From: Mizuhopecten yessoensis | Lineage: Eukaryota | Length of the DNA: 64,000 nt | Direction of reading: 5' to 3' | Assembly: GCF_002113885.1 (NCBI RefSeq) | Contig: NW_018408441.1 | Location: 301,608 to 365,607, forward strand | Shown here: positions 41,801 to 56,073 of the stretch, piece by piece | Layout of the letters: each line of letters starts with the position of its first letter | How positions within the stretch are numbered: position 1 is the stretch's first letter | Made by a program: the position numbers and the translations under genes | Notes under the pieces: model-generated | Databases searched by the model: none | What the model was told of the DNA's origin: nothing | Seen by the model: only the letters and a program-made list of their open reading frames with translations

Positions 41801-42499
41801 TGGTAGATCTACAACTAGCGATACGAGTTGATTAATCTTAGGAGAACTCCAAATATTGATTTTCGCGTTTTATTCTTAGTAAATTAATTGATTAGAGCTA
41901 AACATTTGTATCTCTTACTAAATCAGAAAGTTCAGTTTGAGAGAAATTGAATGGACTGCTATTGAATGTGCATCAGCTAATTCATGTACAACAGCTATAA
42001 AATGTACTACAATTCCTCTCGTTGAACCAATATTTCGATTATGAAACGTGACCTGCTGCATAGATCATAGACACCATACGATACCTCAGGTGAGAGGTGG
42101 GCTGTAGGAAAATGTTATCTAACAGCCAAAGTCTAGTCAACTTATTTATAGCTGGCCTTGGGCACACCGGTATTTCATGTTACATAAATGTTACAAAATC
42201 TGCAATGTCACTGACCTTAAATTGTCAATCCTAAAGTAAAATGAAATAAATTACAAAAATAACATTAAAAATGAACACCACATTATCAATTCACAAGAAC
42301 AGAACTCGAGCTCAAGAGACCCCAAAATGAGCTGAGAAGGCACCGAAATAAAAATAACCCTACTGAACTTTTACAAAAGGCTGGAAACGAAACCAAGTGT
42401 TCAGGAAGGTTAGGCGTCAATGGAGGTATTAGATTACCAACGATCTTACACTTAGTGCTCTAGTCAAAATCCCGGTAGACGCTGAAATGTTATTGGTTT

Positions 42500-45400
42500 T
42501 ATTTATGATCATACTGTAGGTAAATATGTTACAGAGCTCGGTAGTGCTGTGATCATTGTGTCATACTGTAGTTAAAGATGTTATAGATCTCGGGAGTGAT
42601 GTGATCATTGTGTCATAATGTAGGTAAATGTGTTACATAGCTCGGTAGTAATGTGATCATTGTGTCATACTTTAGGTAAATATGTTACAGAGCTCGGTAG
42701 TAATGTCATCATTGTATCATACTGTAGGTAAATATGTTATAGAGCCCGGTAGTGATGTGATCATTGTGTCATAATGTAGGTAAATATGTTACAGAGCTCG
42801 GTAGTAATGTGATCAGTGTGTCATACTGTAGGTAAATATGTTACATAGCTCGGTAGTGATGTGATCAGTGTGTCATACTGTAGGTAAATATGTTCTAGAG
42901 CTCGGTAGTGATGTGATCATTGGGTCATACTGTAGGTAAATATGTTCTAGAGCTCGGTAGTGATGTGATCACTATGTCATACTGTAGGTAAATATGTAAT
43001 AGAGCTCGGTAGTAATGTGATCAGTGTGTCATACTGTAGGTAAATATGTTATAGGGCTCGGTAGTGATGTGATCATTGTGTCATAATGTAGGTAAATATG
43101 TTACAGAGCTCGGTTGTAATGTGATCATTGTGTCATACTGTAGTTAAAGATGTTATAGATCTCGGGAGTGATGTGATCATTGTTGTCATACTGTAGGTAA
43201 ATATGTTCTAGAGCTCGGTAGTGATGTGATCATTGAGTCATACTGTAGGTAAATATGTTATAGAGCCCGGTAGTGATGTGATCATTAAATCATACTGTAG
43301 GTAAATATGTTGCAGAGCTCGGTAGTGCTGTGATCATTGTGTCATCCTGTAGGTAAATATGTTACAGAGCTCGGTAGTAATGTCATCATTGTATCATACT
43401 GTAGGTAAATATGTTGCAGAGCTCGGTAGTGCTGTGATCATTGTGTCATCCTGTAGGTAAATATGTTACAGAGCTCGGTAGTAATGTGATCATGGTGTCA
43501 TACTGTAAGTAAATATGTTACAGAGCTCGGCCGTGACGTGATCATTGTGTCATACTGTAGGGAAATATGTTATAGAGCTCGGTAGTGATGATCATACTGT
43601 AGGTAAATATGTTACATAGCTCGGTAGTGATGTGATCAGTGTGTCATACTGTAAGTAAATATGTTACAGAGCTCGGTAGTGACGTGATCATTGTGTCATA
43701 CTGTAGGTAAATATGTTACAGAGCTCGGTAGTGACGTGATCATTGTGTCATACTGTAGGTAAATATGTTCCACAGCTCGGTAGTGATGTGATCATTGTGT
43801 CATACTGTAAGTAAATATGTCACAGAGCTCGGTAGTGATGTGATCATTGTGTCATATTGTAAGTAAATATGTTATAGAGCTCGGTAGTGCTGTGATCATT
43901 GTGTCATACTGTAGGTAAATGTCATAGTGTTTGGTGGTGAGGTGACCATTATTGTCATACTGTATGTACATGTCAAAGAGTTTGTAGTGAGGTGACCATT
44001 ATTGTCACTCCGTAGGAAAATGTCATACAGTTTGGTGGTGAGGTGATCATTATTGTCATACTGTATGTAAATGTCAAAGAGTTTGTAGTGAGGTGACCAT
44101 TATTGTCACTCCGTAGGAAAATGTCATACAGTTTGGTGGCGAGGTGATCATTATTGTCATACTGTATGTAAATGTCAAAGAGTTTGTAGTGAGGTGACCA
44201 TTATTGTCACTCCGTAGGAAAATGTCATAGAGTTTGGTGGTGAGGTGATCATTATTGTCATACTGTATGTAAATGTCAAAGAGTTTGTAGTGAGGTGACC
44301 ATTATTGTCACTCCGTAGGAAAATGTCATAGAGTTTGGTGGTGAGGTGATCATTATTGTCATACTGTATGTAAATATGTTATAGAGCTCGGTAGTGATGT
44401 GATCATTGTGTTATACTGTAGGTAAATATGTTACATAGCTCGGTAGTGATGTGATCAGTGTGTCATACTGTAAGTAAATATGTTACAGAGCTCGGTAATG
44501 ATGTGATCATTATGTCATACTGTAGGTAAATATGTTATAGAGCTCGGGAGTGATGTGATCATTGTTGTCATACTGTAGGTAAATATGTTATAGAGCCCGG
44601 TAGTGATGTGATCATTGTGTCATTCTGTAGGTAAATATGTTACAGAGCCCGGTAGTGATGTGATCATTGTGTCATACTGTAGGTAAATTTGTTATAGAGC
44701 CCGGTAGTGATGTGATCATTGTGTCATTCTGTAGGTAAATATGTTACAGAGCCCGGTAGTGATGTGATCATTGTGTCATACTGTAGATAAATATGTTACA
44801 GAGCTCGGTAGTAATGTGATCATTGTGTCATACTGTAGGTAAATATGAAATATGTTATAGAGCTCGGTAGTGATGTGATCATTGTGTTATACTGTAGGTA
44901 AATATGTTACATAGCTCGGTAGTGATGTGATCAGTGTGTCATACTGTAAGTAAATATGTTACAGAGCTCGGTAGTAGTGTGATCATTGTGTCATACTGTA
45001 GGTAAATATGAAATATGTTATAGAGCTCGGTAGTGATGTGATCATTGTGTCATAATGTAAGTAAATATGTTATAGAGCTCGGTAGTGATGTGATCATTGT
45101 GTCATAATGTAAGTAAATATGTTATAGAGCTCGGTAGTGATGTGATCATTGTGTTATACTGTAGGTAAATATGTTACATAGCTCGGTAGTGATGTGATCA
45201 GTGTGTCATACTGTAAGTAAATATGTTACAGAGCTCGGTAGTAGTGTGATCATTGTGTCATACTGTAGGTAAATATGATATAGAGCTCGGTAATGATGTG
45301 ATCATTGTGTCATACTGTAGGTAAATAAGATACAGAGCTCGGTAGTGCTGTGATCATTGTGTCATACTGTAGGTAAATTTGTTATAGAGCCCGGTAGTGA

Positions 45401-48400
45401 TGTGATCATTGTGTCATTCTGTAGGTAAATATGTTACAGAGCCCGGTAGTGATGTGATCATTGTGTCATACTGTAGGTAAATATGATATAGAGCTCGGTA
45501 ATGATGTGATCATTGTGTCATACTGTAGGTAAATTTGTTATAGAGCCCGGTAGTGATGTGATCATTGTGTCATACTGTAGATAAATATGTTACAGAGCTC
45601 GGTAGTAATGTGATCATTGTGTCATACTGTAGGTAAATATGTTCCACAGCTCGGTAGTGATGTGATCATTGTGTCATACTGCAGGTAAATATGTCATAGA
45701 GCTCGGTAGTGATGTGATCATTGTGTCATACTGCAGGTAAATATGTCATAGAGCTCGGTAGTGATGTGATCATTGTGTCATAATGTAAGTAAATATGTTA
45801 TAGAGCTCGGTAGTGATGTGATCATTGTGTTATACTGTAGGTAAATATGTTACATAGCTCGGTAGTGATGTGATCAGTGTGTCATACTGTAAGTAAATAT
45901 GTTACAGAGCTCGGTAATGATGTGATCATTATGTCATACTGTAGGTAAATATGTTATAGAGCTCGGGAGTGATGTGATCATTGTGTCCTACTGTAAGTAA
46001 ATATGTTATAGAGCTCGGTAGTAATGTGATCATTGTGTCATACTGTAGTTAAATATGTTACAGAGCTCGGTAGTGATGTGATCATTGTGTCAAACTGTAG
46101 GTAAATATGTTCCACAGCTCGGTAGTGATGTGATCATTGTGTCATACTTTAGGTAAATATGTTATAGAGCTCGGTAGTGCTGTGATCATTGTGTCATACT
46201 GTAGGTAAATTTGTTATAGAGCCCGGTAGTGATGTGATCATTGTGTCATACTGTAGGTTAATATGTTCCACAGCTCTGTAGTGATGTGATCATTGTGTCA
46301 TACTTTAGGTAAATATGTTATAGAGCTCGGTAGTGCTGTGATCATTGTGTCATACTGTAGGTAAATTTGTTATAGAGCCCGGTAGTGATGTGATCATTGT
46401 GTCATACTGTAGGTAAATATGTTACAGAGCTCGGTAGTGATGTGATCATTGTGTCAAACTGTAGGTAAATATGTTACAGAGCTCGGTAGTAGTGTGATCA
46501 TTGTGTCATACTGTAGGTAAATATGTTATAGAGCTCGGGAGTGTTGTGATCATTGTGTCATACTGTAAGTAAATATGTTACAGAGCTCGATAGTGATGTG
46601 ATCACTGTGCCATACTGTAGGTAAATATCTTACAGAGCTCGGTAGTGATGTGATCATTGTGTCATACTGTAGGTTAATATGTTCCACAGCTCTGTAGTGA
46701 TGTGATCATTGTGTCATACTGTAGGTACATGTCAAAGAGTTTGTAGTGGGGTGACCATTATTGTCACTCCGTATGAAAATGTCATAGTGTTTGGTGGTTA
46801 GGTGACCATTATTGTCGTACTGTATGTAAATATGTTACAGAGCTCGATAGTGATGTGATCACTGTGCCATACTGTAGGTAAATATCTTACAGAGCTCGGT
46901 AGTGTGTCATACTGTAGGTAAAAATGTTACAGAGCTCGGTAGTGCTGTGATCATCGTGTCATACTGTAGGTAAAGATGTTATAGAGCTCGGTAGTGATGT
47001 GTTCATTGTGTCATATTGTAGGTCAATATGTTACAGAGCTCGGTAGTAATTTGATCATTGTGTCATACTGTAGTTAAATATGTTACAGAGCTCGGTAGTA
47101 GTGTGATCATTGTGTCATACTGTATGTTAATATGTTCCACAGCTCGGTAGTGATGTGATCATTGAGTCATACTGTAGGTTAATATGTTCCACAGCTCGGT
47201 AGTGATGTGATCATTGTGTCATTCTGTAGGTAAATATGTTATACAGCTCGGTAGTGATGTGATCACTGTGTCATACTGTAAGTAAATATGTTACAGAGCT
47301 CGGTAATGATGTGATCACTGTGTCATATTGTAGGTAAATATGTTACAGAGCGCGGTAGTAATGTGATCATTGTGTCATCATGTAGTTAAATATGTTACAG
47401 AGCTCTGTAGTGATGTGATCATTGTGTTATACTGTAGGTAAATATGTTCCACAGCTCGGTAGTGATGTGATCACTGTGCCATACTGTAGGTAAATATCTT
47501 ACAGAGCTCGGTAGTGTGTCATACTGTAGGTAAAAATGTTACAGAGCTCGGTAGTAATGTGATCATTTTTTCATACTGTAGTTAAATATGTTACAGAGCT
47601 CTGTAGTGATGTGATCATTGTGTTATACTGTAGGTAAATATGTAATAGAGCCCGGTAGTGATGTGATCATTGTGTCATTCTGTAGGTAAATATGTTATAG
47701 AGCGCGGTAGTGATGTGATCATTGAGTCATACTGTAGGTTAATATGTTCCACAGTTCTGTAGTGATGTGATCATTGTGTCATTCTGTAGGTAAATATGTT
47801 ACAGAGCCCGGTAGTGATGTGATCATTGAGTCATACTGTAGGTTAATATGTTCCACAGCTCGGTAGTGATGTGATCACTGTGTCATATTGTAGGTAAATA
47901 TGTTACAGAGCCCGGTAGTGATGTGATCATTGAGTCATACTGTAGGTTAATATGTTCCACAGTTCTGTAGTGATGTGATCATTGTGTTATACTGTAGGTA
48001 AATATGTAATAGAGCCCGGTAGTGATGTGATCATTGAGTCATACTGTAGGTTAATATGTTCCACAGCTCTATAGTGATGTGATCATTGTGTCATTCTGTA
48101 GGTAAATATGTTATAGAGCGCGGTAGTGATGTGATCATTGAGTCATACTGTAGGTTAATATGTTCCACAGCTCTGTAGTGATGTGATCATTGTGTCATAC
48201 TGTAGGGCAATATGTTACAGAGCTCGGTAATGATGTGATCACTGTGTCATACTGTAGGTAAATGGTATAGTGTTTGGTGGTGAGGTGTTCATTATTGTCA
48301 TACTGTACGTAAATGGTATAGTGTTTGGGGGTGAGGTGATCATTACTGTCAGACTGTATGCAAATGTCATAGTGTTTGGTGCTGAGGTGATCATTATTGT

Positions 48401-49045
48401 CAGACTGTAGGTAAATGTCATAGTGTTTGGGGGTGAGGTGATCATTACTGTCAGACTGTATGCAAATGTCATAGTGTTTGGTCGTGAGGTGATCATTACT
48501 GCCAGACTGTATGTAAATGTCATAGAGTTTGGTGGTGAGGTGATCATTACTGTCAGACTGTATGTAAATGTCATAGTGTTTGGTGATGAGGTGATCATTA
48601 TTGTCATACTGTACGTAAATGGTATAGTGTTTGGTGGTGAGGTGATCATTACTGTCAGACTGTATGTAAAGGTCATAGTGTTTGGTGGTGAGGTCATCAT
48701 TCCTGGCAGACTGTATGTAAATGTCATAGAGTTTGGTAGTGAGGTGATCATTATTGTATGTGATCATTGTGTCATAATGTAGGTAAATATGTTACAGAGC
48801 TCGGTAGTGATGTGATCATTGTGTCATAATGTAGGTAAATATGTTACAGAGCTCGGTAGTGATGTGATCATTGTGTCATACTGTGGGTAAATATGTTATA
48901 GAGCTCGGTAGTGATGTGATCATTGTGTCATACTGTAGGTAAATGGTATAGTGTTTGGTGGTGAGGTGACCATTATTGTCGTACTGTAGGTCAATGTTGT
49001 AGAGTTTGGTAGTGAGGTGATCATTATTGTCATACTGTAAACAAA
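42500..49045. repeat. ~6.5-kb satellite array, 52-bp major unit with 50/51-bp variant blocks
   Basis: Unit catactgtaggtaaatatgttacagagctcggtagtgatgtgatcattgtgt (period 52); variant blocks at ~43920-44375, 46725-46830, 48255-48760 and 48940-49045. Confidence 0.97.
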
Positions 49046-50929
49046 TGCTAAGATAAAAAGCTAAAGAAGAGAATGGTACTTAACAGTCCAAGCCATGGGG
49101 TTATGCCGTCATAATGTAGCATGAAATTAAGGTAAGTTTATTGACCATTCCAAGATATTAGGGGGTAAAGTTGGCGACCAAAAATCACAAATTTGCCTCT
49201 TTATGACAAAATCAGATATTCAGATATACTAGTTCGAAATAAAAACAATTATATCTTATGTATCTCAATACTTACTAAAGTAAGTGTACCTGGCTAACTT
49301 TCTGTAATACATACTTGAATTTTGTTTGCCATTGCTTGCATCAAGTCCAGAATAGTATATAGCTGATATAGGTATGCACATAAATGTTTGATATATTTTT
49401 CTTACAGTTTTGATAGAGATGTTGACTTATTGGGATGTACATGTAAGCCCATGTACTTATTCATCCTCATAGGAATACAAAAACAGACCAATTCAAAATG
49501 GCAATTGTTTCATTGAAATACAGATGGTCTGTTGAAGGAGTATCGATTAAAATTGAAAACAAAGTTATTTACCTAATTATTGATCATGCGTGTGTATTTT
49601 TTCTTGCTATGTGTCAGTGACATTTTTCACAAAAACCTTCACAAAATGCTTTTATCTAAATTCATCATTGTGCGATATAAAAAAACAATCCCGAGTTGTT
49701 TCTAAAAACGTTCTTTATAAATTTCACAAATCCACATTGCATTGCTACCACCTAGTGAATGAGAAATATCACCAAAAAAGGTACGTCTTTCATTTAATAA
49801 GGTTAGCATGGTGGTTTAGAGTCTAAAATGTTTTATACATGTGTATATCAAACTTATGACAGTGAATACGAAATAAGTTACTATAGGAAGAAAATTTCAC
49901 AAGGAAGACACCTTGTAACGGTATGTCCTGCTGGTGACGTGTGGAAATGTTCAGGATGAAAATAACGTAGCCTGCTGGTTAAAGTAACAAACCTTGAAAT
50001 ACTTGGAAAATATCTAAAATTTGGTTTTGGTTTTTTGTTTGTTTATTTAGTTTTCTGTAACGTTTAGAATAACAAAATTCAAGCGGTTTTACGTCATCAG
50101 CAATACCGCATTATAGTCATAGAACGAATGTTTGCACTGGTGAATGGGCCAGTCGGGGTCAAATCTACAGTGCCACCACGCTGGAATGTGTATACATATC
50201 CCCATGGACAATACAATTATTTTTCTCAACCAAAAAATGTCCATGACGGACAGTACCTATTAAAAGACAACTCCAAAGTACTAGTATACATATTTTGATT
50301 ATTTAACCTGGTCGAATTACTCTGAAAACGAGAAACAGTCTACCCAAGAGCGCCTCTCTTTGAAGGTGTCGATGGTTGAGATTCATGGGAAGTAAGTCGA
50401 GGACTGGAAACGGAGTGATAATTAGGTATCCTTCAAAACTGACTTAACTCCAAGCTCATTTTGCGGTATCATTGAGCAGATCATGATGATTAAAGTATAT
50501 ATATAAAAGGAAATAACAATCAGGCAAGAAAGAACAAGTGGAATGGTAAGAGATTTACATGACTTAACTTGTTTGTACATTATTGAGAGTACATTAATTA
50601 CAACCTTAAGCTTTACTCCTGTTAACGTAAACATTAATACGTCCCCGCGTGTATGGTGCAACAACATATTCAATTCTTTACTGGAAATAATTAGGATACA
50701 AAGAGAAGGACAAATCATAATTCTTTATCAACAGCGTAACCTTCTTGGAATGTTGAAGGTGGAAGTATAACTATATTGACTTCTTTCAGACTAAAGAGAG
50801 GTAACTCCTGAAGGTTATGCTACATTTAAAACGAATGTCTGGGAAACAAAACAAGTCACCAACACGTGTTAGTTGTACCATCGACTTCTTCATACATTCC
50901 CGGACCTTAATATAGTATCAATTGCACTT

Positions 50930-51290
50930 AACATATTTTCTCGTAAGTAATGTACTTAACTGATGCATTGCACAAAAAAAGTCTCGACAAGACGATTTTA
51001 ATGTACAGTTTATTTAATATTCGCCCAAAGGTTCAGCCACAACGTTGATAATAAATACTTTTTCACCGGAGTAGTTATTGTGTACGTATTTAGTATCATT
51101 GATGTGCATTGGTCGTGTAATATGTATTTTCCCCACATTCATCGAGTCGGGAGTGAGGAAACCCAGTGAATGAACCTGCCAGGAGTTAAACGTTATTTTA
51201 TTGATCACTCTTCTGTTATTACGCCAAGTAACAATGCTTTGCAACGTCATCTTCCATTGTGACGTCATAGTTCATGGCTATTGTTTCCCC
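50930..51290. mobile_element. Fragment of a non-autonomous DNA element (tentative)
   Basis: CpG-rich block with 'gataataaata', 'cattggtc' and 'tgtgacgtcat' motifs in the style of the 14170 and 61810 elements. Confidence 0.25.
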
Positions 51291-51339
51291 GATTGTCAAA
51301 TGTTTGTCTTGGTGTCATATCTGATCGTTTAAGGAGAAA

Positions 51340-51510
51340 AGGGGCCCCGAACTCGTGATGGTTGATTACCATGTTTATCTAACTCTCCTAAGTTAATTTT
51401 CAAGTCGTATTTATACACTCGGTAAACCTTACGTCTTTTTATAATTTGAAAATCAAGTAACTCGTGTAAGATAAACATGACAACCAACCATCACTCATTG
51501 GGGAACCTAT
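51340..51510. mobile_element. Degenerate fold-back MITE
   Basis: Left gtgatggttgattaccatgtttatctaac...ttttcaa matches the reverse complement of the right arm gtgatggttggttgtcatgtttatcttac...ttttcaa. Confidence 0.7.
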
Positions 51511-51839
51511 ATGTATATATATTCTTGACAAAATGAATCACTTCTACGAAATACAATAACTTAACGATACATGGCCAAAATGCATTAGCTGTAATATGGC
51601 AAGGATCAATGTTTTTTTTATCATCTGTATACGTCTTTTATTTACAGTATAATCGGAAAGTGTGTTAATTACCAGGATTATTTTCGTTCAACCTTTCACG
51701 TTTGTAATATGATACTGTCACTACTGTACCTTTCATTATGGTAACAATGCAGTGCACTAACTTGTATATCTTAAAATTATTATCATATCCACATTGATGT
51801 CGATCCACTGATACATTCTATAAACACAATTCAAAAATA

Positions 51840-51876
51840 AAACAACAACAACAACGGTAGAATTTCTTTGTTTATT
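51840..51876 (-). terminator. Candidate distal poly(A) signal of HMBS (AATAAA plus downstream GU-rich element)
   Basis: Minus-strand AATAAA at 51876-51871, followed ~15-35 nt later by gttgttgttgttgttttattt. Confidence 0.45.
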
Positions 51877-53274
51877 TCCGATTACATGGAATGATACCAA
51901 TCACCTTTAGTATTCAAAGATGAACACAATTATCACATGAACACGATTCCTCAAAATCATTGGTGCTCGATTTTGAAATTGTAATGAACGAAGGGAAACA
52001 ACTCCCACCAAAAGTAAAGTCTAATGAGAAGTAATGGCCTTTTTCACTAAGTTGATTAAACTTATTTCACACATGTAGAAAAATAAATATAACGTTTACT
52101 CTTAAATAGTAATGCTGAGAATAAAATCAATGTTACTTCAACAACATCTAGGGACAGAGTCACGTGCCAATTTAGAGCTCTTTATCTTGTACATGTTCTA
52201 TGTACAATTGCAATCTAATCTTCATTTAGGCAAAACGGTCAAACTTTTCCAGATGCAGTATTTATTAATCCTATGTCAGTGTTGTATGGGGGAATGAATT
52301 GACACTGTAGATCAGTGAAATTCTTAAAAATATAGGAAATCGACAATAAAATGTACAAGTGCATGTACCGCAAATATTATTTCATCAATTCAATTACCAG
52401 ATTACTAATTTTGTGTTAATTAATAGTGTGTAAAAATGAACACATTTTCAACCTGAATCAGATCCATATTATTGTATGATACTTATGCAAGGATATGAAG
52501 CAATATGTCTTTTGTAAGGGGTGATAATAACAAAAAAACTTTGATAAATTAGAACTTAAAAGAATGAACGAAATGATGTTTATGTAAGCTCTTGAGCTTT
52601 TTTTGAACTTTATAAAATATAAAAATGCAGTATAAACCACCAGATATTAACAGCTCAATGAGACAGTATATGGCTGTATAAAACAACCAAATGCAAGTAT
52701 GGTTTTTCAATCTAATTATCAACATCTGTACCTGTATACAATGTACTACTGTGCTAATCATTAAGTCAGCAATTTTTTTTTGTGTATAACAACAATTTCT
52801 GCCTTTCTGCGTGTTATTCCAATGAAGATATTTAGACATCTGCATGGTATTTGTATACAAAAACAAGTCCCCTGTATAAAATATGACCAAACTATAATGT
52901 ACAACAAGACACTAACAACAACCATTTGACTATAAGCCTTACAAAACAAAATAGGACAAGAATATTATTTACTATCATCTCTTCTTAGTAATTCAGAAAA
53001 AATCCTATATAACAAACTTCAGTACAGCTGTAAGCAGAAATATCCTGTACAAAAGTAACTACATTTAACAACAACACCCCCCACCCCACCCCTGCTGGGA
53101 TCTTTTTTTGGTTCATCACATAAAATGGTCAGTTGTATCACAAACTGTTAATCTAAGCAATTTATGTGTATTAATTCAATGTATGTTGTAGTACTTCTTT
53201 AATTTATTTACATTTCAAGGGAGATTGCTTTATATAAGATTCAAAATCTTGTTGCCAGATCCTATTAATATTTC

Positions 53275-53462
53275 TATTCCGTCTTTGCGTATTGCAGAGT
53301 TATCTTCTCTTGGGAGGAGGGATTGATTGTTACGTCATTGGTTTGTGCGAGAAAATTACGTCGTTTTCTCAAAAATTGATGACGTACTCTCACAAACAAG
53401 TGACGTAACAACCAATACCTGCTCCCAAGAGAAGATAACCCTGCAATACGCAAAGACGGAAT
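53275..53462. mobile_element. MITE (fold-back element), copy 2
   Basis: Nearly identical to 26860-27049 in the same orientation, with only a handful of differences. Confidence 0.92.
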
Positions 53463-54379
53463 TAACCTGTGTACTTATTATATATGATATATGAAATAAA
53501 TATTGTTTAAACCGGCCAACAAGAGTGATTAGTATAAGTTGTAAAAACTTGTTTCATAATTGTTGTAAAATAAATAAAGTTTATATTTTATTTTTTTAAC
53601 AACAACCTTGAATATCAATAAAGTATACAAAGTTTTATTGGAACCTATGAAGTATTTTAGGTATACATGTAGGCAAGACAACTTTTTAAGGTGAAGGGAC
53701 ATAAGTCAAACTGGAAAGAAATTGAAAATAAAATAAACTAATATGACAAATAAAAAAAGAAAAGAAATATGTACATACCAATTGAGATAAAACAGTACAT
53801 GTTGGCAAAGGATAAGTTATTCTGAGGTACAAAATGCACCTAGAAAACTTAAAATGTAAATTGTTGTCATGAAAGATGACAGATTCTTAACCATCTTGTA
53901 TTCCAATGTGATAATGATGCAGTCAATTCTTGTCCTGGAATTGACTTAATGAACACTTGATCAACATTGATTTAGCACCATGGTATTCAGAAACCATACT
54001 CGACCTAATTAATAATTTGAGGTAGTTGGAATGATTACAAAACTTTCCAAAATTCTCAAAGAATTAGTCATAATAGACACTTTTAACAAGTAAACTATCA
54101 ATTTATGGTGTCAAAAGGGATAGAATCATCAGACAAGAAAAATGATAATGGAACTTACTTAAAAGTTGGGGCATTTATTAGGTCGAATAGGGTAGAATAG
54201 TATAAACAAGAACATCATAGCCACATTGTGAGTTTTCTGGTTTTCCCTGCGATAAATCAGTGCTGTACAGCACTTCTGCTTTACAGAGGCTTTCTGTTGG
54301 TAGCCTTAAAACATACAATTTCTAGTTTTCTGCCATTCTGAGTGATAGCTAGACTTGGCATATAACTGTTTTCAATATA

Positions 54380-54734
54380 CAGTCAAACCTCGTTATCTCG
54401 AACTCGTATAACTTGAAGACCCCGTTTTAACTCCGAGTATTTCATCGGTCCCGGCCAAAACTCTTCTTAATCTTAGTAATAAAAACTCTGATAATTCAAA
54501 CTCTGAAAACTCGAAAAATTTGGATATACTGAAGTGAAACATCGGTCCCAACAACGAAAATCCTACATAAAAATATCTCCTACCTCGAAGTTTCATAAGA
54601 TTCACAAGTCTATCATATAACGTTATTCTTTAATTATTTGATACGTGGTACGGTAAACATCGTTCTCATAGAGCAGCTTACGCTCGGTCATAATTACTTC
54701 GATTAAACTTATGGCATTAAAATGTGTTTGACTG
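54380..54734. mobile_element. Tc1/mariner (pogo/Tigger-like) non-autonomous element
   Basis: TA|cagtcaaac ... gtttgactg|TA termini with TA target duplication; internal 'ttatctcgaa/ataactcgaa'-type subterminal motifs. Confidence 0.75.
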
Positions 54735-55009
54735 TACAAACCATGTATTATACATCTAAAATAGCTACAATGTTTAAAATATGACTTTAGATTAGTCAAA
54801 TATTTAATTCAGTGAAGGCTGTGTACAAGAACAGGGAATGTAAAACAATGTACACAATTTTATGAATACTGTATTTACAAATTCTTTTCCATAAATAATA
54901 TACATGTATTATAATAAAGAATAAAATGAAAACATGATTTAAAGAAAAAAATGAATACCTAGAAATTGTATAAAAAGATGAATTCTACAAAATATAAGTG
55001 TTCTTTACA

Positions 55010-55811
55010 TAAATGTAACAGCCTCCATATGTAGGTTTAGTGTTCTGTATTATGTTATAAATGTAAAAGCCTCCATATGTAGGTTTAGTGTTCTGTATTA
55101 TGTTATAAATGTTACAGCCTCCATATGTAGGTTTAGTGTTCTGTATTATGTTATAAATGTCACAGCCTCCATATGTAGGTTTAGTGTTCTGTATTATGTA
55201 ATAAATGTAACAGCCTCCATATGTAGGTTTAGTTTTCTGTATTATGTTATAAATGTAAAAGCCTCCATATGTAGGTTTAGTGTTCTGTATTATTTTATAA
55301 ATGTAACAGTCTCCATATGTAGGTTTAGTGTTCAGTATTATGTTATAAATGTAACAGCCTCCATATGTAGGTTTAGTGTTCTGTATAATGTTATAAATGT
55401 AACAGCCTCCATATGTAAGTAAGTGTTCTGTATTATGTTATAAATGTAACAGCCTCCATACGTAGGTTTAGTGTTCTGTATTATGTTATAAATGTAACAG
55501 TCTCCATATGTAGGTTTAGTGTTCTGTATTATGTTATAAATGTAACAGCCTCCATATGTAGGTTTAGTGTTCTATATTATGTTATAAATGTAACAGCCTC
55601 CATATGTAGGTTTAGTCTTCTGTATTATGTTATAAATGTAACAGCCTCCATATGTAGGTTTAGTGTTCTGTATTATGTTATAAATGTAACAGCCTCCATA
55701 CGTAGGTTTAGTGTTCTGTATTACGTTATAAATGTAACAGCCTCCATATGTAGGTTTAGTGTTCTGTATTATGTTATAAATGAAACAGCCTCCATATGTA
55801 GGTTTAGTGTC
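55010..55811. repeat. 48-bp minisatellite, ~17 copies, just downstream of the HMBS stop
   Basis: Unit aaatgtaacagcctccatatgtaggtttagtgttctgtattatgttat; period 48 read directly. Confidence 0.96.
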
Positions 55812-56073
55812 CTCATGTTCATAAAAGGCCGAGAGGCTTTTTCAAATGTTCTATTATGACAAAGAGTCTGCATGAAACTTGCGTTCTTCAATTTAATTTC
55901 TATAACATTCAATATTTTCCAGCTTTGAAAAGCAGCCCAACTAAAACTGTAACACAAAGTATGCTGCATATTTCTACAAAAAAGGAGTAAAATATAACAT
56001 CGGTGCTGATATGTATAACAAATTCAAAGTATAAACATAAAAGGACTTGGTATCCATACTATAATTAGAGCTT

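Noticed and set aside
42600-42625. bantam-like microRNA similarity (tgtgatcattgtg) in the 52-bp unit
   Set aside because: Seed mismatch, no precursor hairpin, and it is part of a high-copy satellite
48195-48782. 17-aa repeat proteins (190, 170 and 119 aa)
   Set aside because: Translation of the 51-bp satellite variant, open in several frames on both strands
42500-49045. CRISPR array (also considered for the other regular repeats)
   Set aside because: Units are contiguous tandem copies without unique spacers, no cas genes are present, and the context is eukaryotic
52295-52322. Iron-responsive element in the putative HMBS 3' UTR
   Set aside because: CAGTG is present but there is no 5-bp upper stem or bulged C in the required geometry
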